Below are positions 14,382 through 24,563 of a stretch of DNA of 64,000 nt, piece after piece. Both the position numbers and the translations under genes were made by a program. How positions within the stretch are numbered: the first letter of the stretch is position 1; each line of letters starts with the position of its first letter. The notes under the pieces were generated by a model. It saw only the letters and a program-made list of their open reading frames with translations, was not told where the DNA came from and made no database searches. Origin of the DNA: Ramazzottius varieornatus (Eukaryota > Animalia > Tardigrada); assembly GCA_001949185.1 (NCBI GenBank), contig BDGG01000015.1, positions 1,059,036 to 1,123,035 of the forward strand, given 5' to 3'.

Positions 14382-17300
14382 ATGATGAACGATGCTTATT
14401 ACAGTTATCCGCCTGCTTCGGGCCCTGTTGGTGGAGCGCTAAGCCTGGGAGGAAGTTTGCTGACCAGTCTGAACGGACACAGCGGAGTGCCTTCTCCGGG
14501 CAAGTCCGCCGTCTTCCACCATCCCGTCAACAATGTCAACGTCAACTCCATCCACGCTCTGATGGGCCAGCTGGGACTGCCGGCTGCAGCCGCCCACGAT
14601 CAGTCGCAGCAGTCGGGCGGCTCAGGTTCGCTGACGCCCGGCGAGCTGTCGGACGGTAGTGGCGCCAGTGCCGCGGGGACCGATCCTCCCGACTCCAAGG
14701 TGGAGATTGACGACGAGATCTGTCCGGTCTGTGGCGACAAAGTCAGCGGCTATCACTACGGCCTGCTGACTTGCGAGAGCTGTAAAGGCTTCTTCAAGAG
14801 AACAGTGCAGAACAAGAAGGTTTACACCTGCGTCGGCGAACGGACATGCCAAATCGACAAGAGCCAAAGAAAGAGATGCCCCTTTTGCCGCTTCCAGAAA
14901 TGCCTGGAAGTTGGCATGAAACTTGAAGGTATGTCCACATCTTCTAGCATCATTCCCGTGCCTGCTAGCTTTGCTCTGTACATGCTAGTACAACAGAGCA
15001 CTGCTAACCTGTCCAACACTTCCGCTCAGTCAGTCCTTCGCTCTTCCTTCCTGCAGTATTTACAACTTTATCTCCGATACTGTTAGCAACACAGCTAAAA
15101 CTCATTGTAAGGCAGAAGGACCGGAAGTCAAGTTTTTTTGCTAGAGATAGGAGACGTTCCTGTTCTTGGCCATATACTGGACGGAGGATGCTACGGTAGC
15201 TCTGAAATCGTTCCAATTTTTGAAGTCGTAGCAGTAAGCTACAGACATTACTTTGAATGGTGCTAAACTTGGTCAAAATATGGAGGTTTGATTGATTGGT
15301 GTCTGGTAAGCCGAAGCAGAGATACCTTCCCCGTCACTGACTATTATTGTGACAGGCTTTTTTTCTCAGGCCGGTTTGGTGCACGAGACCATCAGTGTCA
15401 GTGTCGGCAAATTGGCGCATGATTGCACATGAAGGAAAGAGTACAAGACTTGCCACAAACTAGCTAGGTGGACCACATCATGGAGCCGTAGTATCCATGT
15501 CGAGAAACCTCAATGACCGTAGTGGCAGGGCAGACATTGCTGAGGAAGCATCTTTTTCCTCATTTGTCACAGCGTGAAACGCGTTGCCTGCTCAGCTCAA
15601 GCTTCATGCAGCTATCCGTCACTGGAGCTGCATGCCCTGGTGTTCAAAGAGCGGAGGAACTGTTTCACTAGGTCAAGTACACAAAAAAGCTCTCGTGTAA
15701 AGAAGGAGAAAGTGTTGGCTTACACCACTACTCAACTTCAAACTTACACCACCGACAGGACCGATACCGTAAAAACTCATGAAACTCATCCGTCATTACG
15801 AAGAGCTCGCCGAGGACCCAATCAAGCCAAGACCGTGCTTCATGGAGATAATAATAAGGCATACAGTCTGTCGCAAAATAAAATGAAATAGTATGATATG
15901 TAATGCAATATGGCATTGTTTTTTATAGCGGTTCGGGCTGACCGGATGCGTGGTGGCCGCAACAAGTTCGGTCCCATGTACAAGCGCGATCGTGCCCGTA
16001 AACTGCAGCAAATTCGAGCTCGCCATCACGTCCATCCCCACTACGGCCACCATTCGCGCGGAGCAGCACCTTCCAGCCTGGAGAGCATCTCCTCCTCGTT
16101 AATGTCGGGCGGAGGACCCTGCGACTCGATGGGCTTCGAACAAGCCTTCGTCAAGGCGGAAATGATCCAGATTCCCCATTTGAGTTCCACCAACTCGCCG
16201 GAAAGTATGCAGCACCATGCATCCTCCCTCGGCGAGTCCCTGTTGAACGGCCCCTCAAGAACAGCCTGGTCACTTCCTTATCCAGACTTTAACCATTCCG
16301 GTATGATTCAGCAGAGCTATCCTCATGCTGAAAATTCCATCAAGTGTGTGTGCTTCATGTTTGATTTTGTAGACTTGTCTTTGAATGGACTGGGAAGGAG
16401 CAACTTGCCATCGAACCGCTCGCTGGCCAACTTTCATCCCCCCTCCGACTCCATCAACCACTCAGATGGCGAACAACAACAACAACAACAGTTCGCCGTG
16501 CCGGGCAACGCTGGCGAGTTGTTGACGTCGCTGGTGGACGACCGCCTGTGGCAGGAGAACCTGTATACACTGCTGCACAACGAGACCTACAACCAGTGCG
16601 AGGTGGACCTCTTCGAGCTGCTATCCAAGACTCTGGACCAGTGCCTCTTCTCCCAAGTGGAGTGGGCCCGCAACACCTTCTACTGTAAAGACCTCAAGGT
16701 GCCTTTCGCTGTAATCTTTCTCTGTCAATAAGGATGTTTGATAAGGCTCCAGTGGTCTGTGGGGTACTAGGGATTGATTTTCACGTCTTTAGCTGCCGAC
16801 CACTGCAGCGGCTGGCTGCCACAAATGCTCGTCTGGTCTCGTGTTGGACATGACTCACATTTGTATACCCACTGACCAAAGCAATGTAGATCAAGGCTGT
16901 TGGTCATCCGAGCTGCAAAGCCCCCCTTTCACTTTACATATCATACTCAGACAAGAGCTCATAAAGCCAATTTGGGTTAAGTCAATCAGCAGAGACGACA
17001 TCTGCGCTCGACAGCTAATTGCTACGGCAGGCCGTTGTTTGTCAAGCCATGCACATTCACATGGGCTGGCCTCTCCAGCAGCTCTAGCCTAACTCTTTCC
17101 ACGAACCGAGAATGATCAACAAGAGTACCACAACAAAACAATCGAATAACATAAGCGTTCACTACCTATGAAGTGGGACAATATATCTTGTCTCTCTAGT
17201 GATGACTTGTGTCATTGTTGTCTTGCAGGTGGACGATCAGATGACGTTACTCCATCATTCCTGGAGCCAAATGTTGGTGCTCGAGTTTGTATACCATCGG

Positions 17301-17813
17301 CTGCGCAATGGGCTCGCCGACGAAACGACGCTGCCCAATGGGCAAACATTCAACCTGGTGGACCTTGCCCTGTTGGGTCTGGCCAGCAACATGGAACTGC
17401 TCCACAACCTCACTGCCGCATTCCGCGAACTGAAGCTGGACCGCATCGACTATGCTTGCATGAAACTCATGCTCCTCCTCTCACTAGGTATAACACATTG
17501 CCCGCACCACGCTGTCGTCCACAAGGACATGGACATTGACTTGTCCTCTTGGGTATTTTCAGGCGCTCACGGGCTGAACGAAAGGTCTCATGTACAGAAT
17601 GGCCAAGATCGGGTTCGGGGCCTGCTGCTGGAACACTGCTTGTCGGCCTATCCTCAAACGCCGGAACGATACACTCAGTTGCTGAACTTACTGCCGGAGA
17701 TTCGCTTGATGGCCAACCAGGGCGAAGAGTACCTGTACTACAAGCACCTGACGGGTTCCGCCTCCACTACAACGCTTCTGATGGAGCTTCTTCTGGCTAG
17801 ACGCAAGTACTGA
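14382..17813 (+). CDS. ftz-f1: Nuclear receptor FTZ-F1 (NR5A subfamily)
   Basis: C4 zinc-finger DBD ([30 protein letters not shown]); intron 14929-15928 joins it to the FTZ-F1 box ([23 protein letters not shown]). LBD exons contain [16 protein letters not shown]|VDDQMTLL (intron 16699-17228) and AF-2 LLMELL; stop at 17811-17813. Confidence 0.96.
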
Positions 17814-18846
17814 AGTATATAACGCCCCACCGACATCTACGCCACGCCCTTCAATACTCTACGCTTCGTATAACAGAACGCCAACTTTCCCCACTTACCG
17901 GTGACCTTTGATTTCCAACGCCTCTGCCTCAGTTCCTCCTGAAAAGTTCGTTTTACATTTTCAATTTCACTTCGGACCAAGCATGGAATGGATCAACTAG
18001 TGCGACTAACCTACCAGACAAACTTTCTTGTTTTTATTGTTTTTTTTACAGCCTACTCTCACTCCTGTTAATTTTAGTCTATACTAATCTGTTTCTTGTA
18101 CAATGCTGTTGTTGTTGCAGTACTCACCTGAGTCACCTCTCGAAAGCGCCACCAGGATTGTTGTTGAGTTGTAACTGATTGTTGCTGGTTCATGCCCTTT
18201 TTGTGTTATTAATTTTATCGTTTTCTTAATACGGGACTTTAGGCATAACTCTGCGCTGCATTGTTTGCTGTTAAAAAAGCCGGAGTCTTCTCAGACCTTT
18301 CTGTAACAGCTGATAGAAACCCAAATCACAGGGGCGCAGTACTGTATTGCCTAGTGAAAGTCGCGCGGTACGTCATGGTACAAGTGAGGGAGATGCCCGG
18401 TGCGCTTTTCGTGCCCTAGCATTCAATGCATGCAGTCCCATTTTGCAAGGAACTGCGTCACCCACACCCTCCGTGAAACATCACCACCTACCGACTCTGG
18501 GCTTCATCGTATTCCGATGACATGGACAGTTTCAACCACTGTATCCCAAGACAAGCAACCGCAATGAAAGCCGTCTATGACATGACAGCTAAGTATATTA
18601 CAGTCCTTATGTGTCCTAACAAAATCCCTAGTTTCATACAAAAATTGCTTGAAAACGTTTGTTCAAAACTTGCAAAGTAATTTTTCACTGTTCTGTGGAT
18701 GTCCTCCATCACTTCGAGTAGTCGGGCAAAGTAATATCCAAAACGAATAATACTGTCGTATACGAGACTGTGCTCAATAAATGCATACAGCGTACCGACG
18801 GTACCGTACGGCAGCGAGGGAGTAGGCGGAAGAGCCATTAGTTTTG

Positions 18847-20103
18847 CTAACTACTGGCTTCATAGAGACGGGTGTTCTGCAGCTTCAGTACTTGCAAGCC
18901 CCAGCTCGTCCATCCAGGCGTTAAGGATCGCGCAAAAAGTTCGAGACATTCGGCTCGTTCAGGTAGATACATCTTGGCGACCTCATACAGCGATGGCTTA
19001 TGCGAATGAACAGCGCTAGGAATACTGACCATCACTTTCCCATCCGCTACAGCCTCCACTCCCTCACCTCGTTTCCCCATCCGAGCGAAGACCAACTTCT
19101 CATAAGGCTTCTTGTGACGCGAAGAGAAGGAGCAGACGGCTTCCCCACTTCGCGTTACCTTCACCCACGTCCATTCGGCCTCCTTGACAGCTCCCCATGC
19201 AGGGAGCAACCGCTCCTCCACAAAGTTCTTCGTTCGTACGTTGTTCGTTATCCATAAAGCTAGCAGAGCTCCTTCGCAGCTGAGTTCTTTGAAGGGTATC
19301 TTCAACAGCTCTTCTTCGGGTAGGAAGTCATACTTTTTGAGTCGTTTAGCGGACTTGTTGTCCCATGGTGGGTCCACGACGAGAAAGTCGTAGCGTCTAC
19401 CATCATTCAGCAAGCAATCTACATCAGAGAATGCCGAGCTAAAGTAACGACAGCTAGCAGGTATAATGTACCGTTCCAAGCCGTAACTAACAATAGTCGG
19501 ATGAGAAAGAAGATTGTCGTAGCAGCGCCCTGTTTCAAGTTCAGGCTTCTCAGCGGACAACAGACCAGTCGAGACCGCGCGGTAACTAAGATTGTTGTCC
19601 ATATCCTTTGAAAGTAGGTTTGTGAAGTAATTTGGTAAGGCCGACACCATGTCAGCCGTAGCGGACTGCAAATATCCGTCTTCTTCGTTTAGTTCTGGTT
19701 CCCGTCGACGTCGCTTTCTCTTCTTTTGGGAAACAGTAGGTGCATCCTCGACGGCTTTGTCACCATCGAACGCGGTAGTGATATTTTCCGTACGATTTTC
19801 AAAGTAGTCGGGTTGCGGAAAGAAGAGAGACTCACTCTGAACAGCAACAGGGGTTGCACCGGAAGTGAGGTTTGCCTGACGCGCGCGGAATTCTGAATCC
19901 ATCATGAAGGGTGCTTTGAGGTTGAACATGGCTGGCTTGAACTGCATAGACTGTATCCATGCGTCTGCGGTGTCGGGAACTAAAGAGGTCTGATAGTTGG
20001 GGAGATGACATAGTCCGAAATCCCTTGTGTCTTTCAGGACAGTGCGCATCAGCTGCTCCATGTCCAGAACGAAGCCGCCGTCCGACTTCAGCGTGATCGC
20101 CAT
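18847..20103 (-). CDS. METTL4: METTL4-type MT-A70 family N6-adenine methyltransferase; CDS uninterrupted
   Basis: 418-aa ORF with catalytic DPPW (VVDPPWDNKSAKR), W-x-W-V-K-V-T, KKPYE, HSHKP and LELFARSLTPGWTSWG motifs characteristic of METTL4. Confidence 0.9.
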   Translation of the reverse strand: MAITLKSDGGFVLDMEQLMRTVLKDTRDFGLCHLPNYQTSLVPDTADAWIQSMQFKPAMFNLKAPFMMDSEFRARQANLTSGATPVAVQSESLFFPQPDYFENRTENITTAFDGDKAVEDAPTVSQKKRKRRRREPELNEEDGYLQSATADMVSALPNYFTNLLSKDMDNNLSYRAVSTGLLSAEKPELETGRCYDNLLSHPTIVSYGLERYIIPASCRYFSSAFSDVDCLLNDGRRYDFLVVDPPWDNKSAKRLKKYDFLPEEELLKIPFKELSCEGALLALWITNNVRTKNFVEERLLPAWGAVKEAEWTWVKVTRSGEAVCSFSSRHKKPYEKLVFARMGKRGEGVEAVADGKVMVSIPSAVHSHKPSLYEVAKMYLPERAECLELFARSLTPGWTSWGLQVLKLQNTRLYEASS

Positions 20104-20219
20104 GATTTACCTATAAAAAGAAGTGAAGAGATTGGTACTATAGTGCCATAAGCTCCGAGCTCCTACTTCCGGATAGAAGGGACCGGATACTGAAGGCTGT
20201 AGCCCGAGTGTCATACGAG

Positions 20220-21396
20220 TAGAGCTGTTAATGGTTTGAACCATATGGTTTGGTTTGGTTTAAGTGGTGGTTTGCATGCCAAACCGGTTAAATGAACATG
20301 GTTTCTCCCCCAAACCACCAAAAGTGGTTTGGTCTAAATTTCAAACCAGACCATTTAAACCAAACCACATAAACCGCCGTTTTGAACCGGTTTGCGAACA
20401 GCTTTTCGATTACCAGTTCATAGTAAATTCTGCCACAGTTCTCTTCGATTGACTAATCAACGAAACTAACTACCGAGGACATAAGAATTTGAGCGACAGT
20501 TGCTGGTTTCTCTACGAACAGACGCAAACAGGCAAAACTGGCGCGTGCTGGTTCAACTGAAAAAGCATCATGTAAGGCTATTCGGTAGTGCAATCATTTA
20601 TCCACCAGCTGTGCTGTCCAACACCGTCGGAACTGCGATTTCTGCCTGACGGAAGGCGTAGTTCTCAAGTCGCGCAGCTTATGACACAGTGCGCACCCAG
20701 TTAAAGCTACGAGGTAAAACCAGCGGACTNNNNNNNNNNNNNNNNNNNNNNNNNNNNNNNNNNNNNNNNNNNNNNNNNNCCAGATCTGCTCATCCGCTGA
20801 TCAGATTTTGTTATTTTTGGTTTATTCGATAGCGAAAAACCCCTCTTTATTTGTCAAACAAGGTAGAGAGGAAAGAAGGGCAGATTTTTTGAGAAACATC
20901 CGCTGGGAAGAGGGACGGTCGACGCAATGTTAAAAAGCCTATTTTCGAAAAATCAGCGGATTTTAATCAATCAAGTTACGGTTTACGTGCATGTGCAAAC
21001 TTTTTAGGGTGGACAACTTCACCATGCGATTTTACATGGACAAGTCCGCTAGTTTTACCTCGTATGCATCACGTGGCACTCATAGCCAATCAGAACGATG
21101 TGGCTGCGCACGGTGGCAGTGGGTGGAAGAGGACTGGCACGCCAGATGGCCAATTTCGGCTCCAGTTCTACCACGGAATCCGCAGATTTCATGCGGAATT
21201 TCCGCTTACCGCAAACCATATTAAACCACATAAACCAGTGGTTTATATGGTTTGGCATGAGATCGAAACCGGTCCGAGTGGTTTGGTTTGAGATGCCATA
21301 TGGTTTGAGGTGGTTTGGTTTGGATGTCGAACCACCAACCACATAAACCATGTAAACCACTTTCTAAGTGGTCTGGTCTGGTTTTTAACAGTTCTA
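20220..21396. mobile_element. hAT-like DNA transposon with AAACC/GGTTT subterminal repeat arrays, spanning the assembly gap
   Basis: Ends TAGAGCTGTTAA ... TTAACAGTTCTA (11/12 inverted match); 8-bp flanks CATACGAG (20212-20219) and CATACGTA (21397-21404) match 6/8; dense AAACC(A)/TGGTTT repeats at ~20233-20395 and ~21213-21385. Confidence 0.8.
20730..20779. other. Assembly gap (50 N)
   Basis: Run of N characters; true length unknown. Confidence 1.
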
Positions 21397-21773
21397 CATA
21401 CGTATATGCCCTTGTTTCAGGCCTAGTTTTTGACTGGTCCGTCAAAACGTGACGTTTCGGACGCTTGATGCATGTGCCCGTTGACGTATAGAAGATCCTG
21501 TATCAGATCGTTTGATCGCTCTGATTGACAACTGTCCGCAATGATCGGGCTGAAAGTTGGAAGAGCTTGCCATACAGCAGTAAGCTGCTGTTTGATACGG
21601 GTGTTTGGCAAGCTCTTGCGGGTAGTTCTGTCGTAGCAGATTGCTCCTATTGTTAGCCGTGCTGGCTCAGCTTGGCAGTTTGCTGCACATACACACACGC
21701 CATCGTACAACGCTTGTACAATGCGGCCACAGCGAATGCAACCGGGGTTGTAAAGATTTCGTACTGCTGTAGA

Positions 21774-21898
21774 TAGTGCTGGCAAAAATACGATAAAATT
21801 CGATACAATATCGGCGAATATTTTATTGCGGTCTTCGATATTCATTCGATATTGATATTTCGATACGATATCGGTATTCCGTATCGTTGCCGGCACTA
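21774..21898. mobile_element. 125-bp hAT-type MITE
   Basis: TIRs TAGTGCTGGCAA / TTGCCGGCACTA (11/12); perfect 8-bp TSD GCTGTAGA at 21766-21773 and 21899-21906; interior is mostly CGATA/TATCG repeats. Confidence 0.88.
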
Positions 21899-22470
21899 GC
21901 TGTAGAAGTATGCCAATAGGGGATGGTCGCAGAGAGACTAGAGGGGGTAGAGGAACGCGTACGTACGTCACGCTAGTCTTCCAATGATAAAATCATTGCC
22001 GGACTAGCTAGCTTGAGTAGCTTCCATTGAAGATCGAAGTCAAAGGGATGACTTCCGATGACCTCGAGCTGCTCGGGTCAACCGACAGTTCGGCCCAACG
22101 TGATCGACCGAGCCGCTGCGCATTAACTGTATATGCAATTACACGAAGCGCCCCCTCTAGTTTCTCTGATGGTCGTGCGTACTGAACCCGTCTGTACCTG
22201 CTCGAAAACTTGAACAGCTGGAATGGATACATTGATTGGGCACACAATTGATTGTACGAAAAATGCACTGAAATCGGGCCCTCAAATCGCAATCTCCATA
22301 CTCTAGTTGCCCTTTTCCCTAAGTTAAAATTTGTTTAACCGAAATTACTGGAGTCCACATAACGACATTACGCGTTTCACTGTCACTATAGCGTCTTCGT
22401 TTCACCTGAACGGTGCCTCATTTGGATCTGCGGAAGATTGCCGGAAAAGTTGGGTTGATCGATCTTCAAG

Positions 22471-24436
22471 ATGAAATGCCATTACGATATCTTGGAAGGT
22501 GAGGGGACTTGTTGCTTTGTGCTACAGTAGCTTGTCTAACGCAGTTGTCATTTCCGGTTGTGATGCCTCTTTTATTGCAGTGGCCAGGGACGCCAAAGTG
22601 GATGATATCAAGTACGTTACCGAAATACCAAATTTATACTTTGATGAATGACGTTGATATTTGAAATAATATGACTTTGTATTGCAGGAAAGCTCGGGAT
22701 CGCCTGGCCAAAAAGGTATGGTAATTAACAGCGTATACACATACGGTCAGCAAACTGGACACTTATGTTTATAGCGTTACAAATCACACTTCGTGTACTG
22801 ATGGTGAATCTTTTTGTAGTTTCATCCGGATAAAGCACTGCAATCTGGAGACGCGTCGCTTGTGCAAGAATACACCGTCACCTTCCGGCTAATACAGCAA
22901 GCTTACGAGGTCCTCAGTGATGCTCACGAGCGGGCCTGGTACGATAGTCACAGGGACCAAATTCTTTCTAGCAAGACCGCTGTCCAAGAAGACATCGACA
23001 TCTATGCCTACTTCAACTCCTCCGCCTATTCCGGTTTCGGCGACGACCCTAAAGGCTTCTTCGCCACCTACGAGAAAGTCTTCGCGAAAATAGGCGACGT
23101 CGACAGAAGAAAGGCGGAAGAAGCTGGCGAAGACTACGACGTCCCCATCTTCGGTTGGTTTAGAACTCATAATAGTTTCTCATTCCATAACAGAATCACG
23201 CGGAAAGCCTTCAACAACGTTGACCCATTATTTGAGACTTGATCAAAACAAACTTGACAAGATGGCTTTTCCAAGTGGCGCAAAGCTTCCTAGTCAATCA
23301 CACTAAAGAGGTCCGCCACTTGGGAAAAACAGTCGAGCTTCCGTTCGAATCTGATTATGCTTTCAGGTTTGTCGACAAGTTCGTACGAGGATGTAGTTCA
23401 TCCCTTCTATGCATTTTGGCAAAGCTACTCCACAAAGCGGGCTTTCTTCCACCTGGACAAGTGGGATCTCCGCACAGCCGACAACCGCAGAATATCGCGA
23501 GCTATGGAGAAAGAGAACAAGAAAGTCCGCGACACAGCCAAGAAAGACTGGAATGAGTCCGTTCGCGAGTTGGTCAACTTTGTCCGCAAGCGCGATCCTC
23601 GTGTCAAAGCTCATCGCAAGATACTGGAGGAGCGGGCCGAAGAGAACCGCCGGAAGGTGGTGGAAAACCAACAAGAGCAGCTGAAGAAGCGACAGGCAAT
23701 GATGACTTCGCACGTCGTTCACCACTCGGCTGAACTAGAGAAGCAGTACAGAGACTTGGAGAAGTCGTTAAAGAAGGATGGTAGGGGTAATGAGACGGAA
23801 GAATCGGGGGAAGGTGAGGACGAAGTGGATGGAGAGGAGGAAGAAGAGATGGAGGAAGAGGACGACGATGATCCGCTGTACTGTGTCGGCTGTGATAAAC
23901 GCTTCAAGAGCTTCCCCGCAATGAGGAATCATGTTCAGTCGAAGCAACATAAGAAGAATATGGAAATGCTCAGGTCTGAGTTAGAGGAAGACATAGTCCA
24001 TCTCGATGAAGCGCTGAACAATGTCGATCTCAACGAGACCGGTGAAGAAGACTCTCTCGAAATTGCTGAAGAAATTACTGAAAGAACTCCAAAGACCGAA
24101 GAGAGATCATCCGGGAAAGAAGACTCGGTTGTCGACCAGGAAGAACAAAAAGGTTCGAAAGCGACCAAGGTGAGATTCGAAACAGCTCCGGAGGTCTACA
24201 CGATACCACAGCCCGAAGAAGGGGATGTACTACCAGCGGAAGCAGAGCCTCTAGTCGAGGTGGAAGAATACGTCAGCAGGAATAAGTCGAAGAAGGAGAA
24301 GAAGACGAAGCAGACGCAAAAGAAAGTGCAAGAATTAGGGACCAAGTGTGGCGTCTGTAGACAAGCTTTTCCTACTCGAAATAAACTCTTTGATCATATC
24401 AAAAGCACTGGTCATGCTTTGTTGAAGGAACACTGA
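22471..24436 (+). CDS. DNAJC21: DnaJ homolog subfamily C member 21 (Jjj1-like 60S maturation co-chaperone)
   Basis: Exons 22471-22498, 22581-22611, 22688-22715, 22820-~23154 and 23367-24436 splice to [34 protein letters not shown]...QQAYEVLSDAHERAWYDSHR; FVRKRDPRV motif; two C2H2 fingers (CVGC...H...H; CGVC...HIKSTGH). Confidence 0.93.
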
Positions 24437-24563
24437 AAACGGATCAGTTACAAAGAAACTTTATCGTGTTATTCGCGGACAGTAGTAGATAAAAGATTCG
24501 CAACTTGTTACAGCGACTACACCATAAAAATCCATGGTCAAAGGGAATAAGACTTGGACAGTA

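Noticed and set aside
20233-21385. AAACC/GGTTT repeats as a CRISPR array or telomeric repeat
   Set aside because: Eukaryotic context, no constant repeat-spacer period, mixed orientations; better explained as hAT subterminal repeats.
21423-21971. 182-aa minus-strand ORF, considered as a transposase fragment
   Set aside because: No recognisable motifs, and it runs through the 125-bp MITE, so it is probably a chance ORF.
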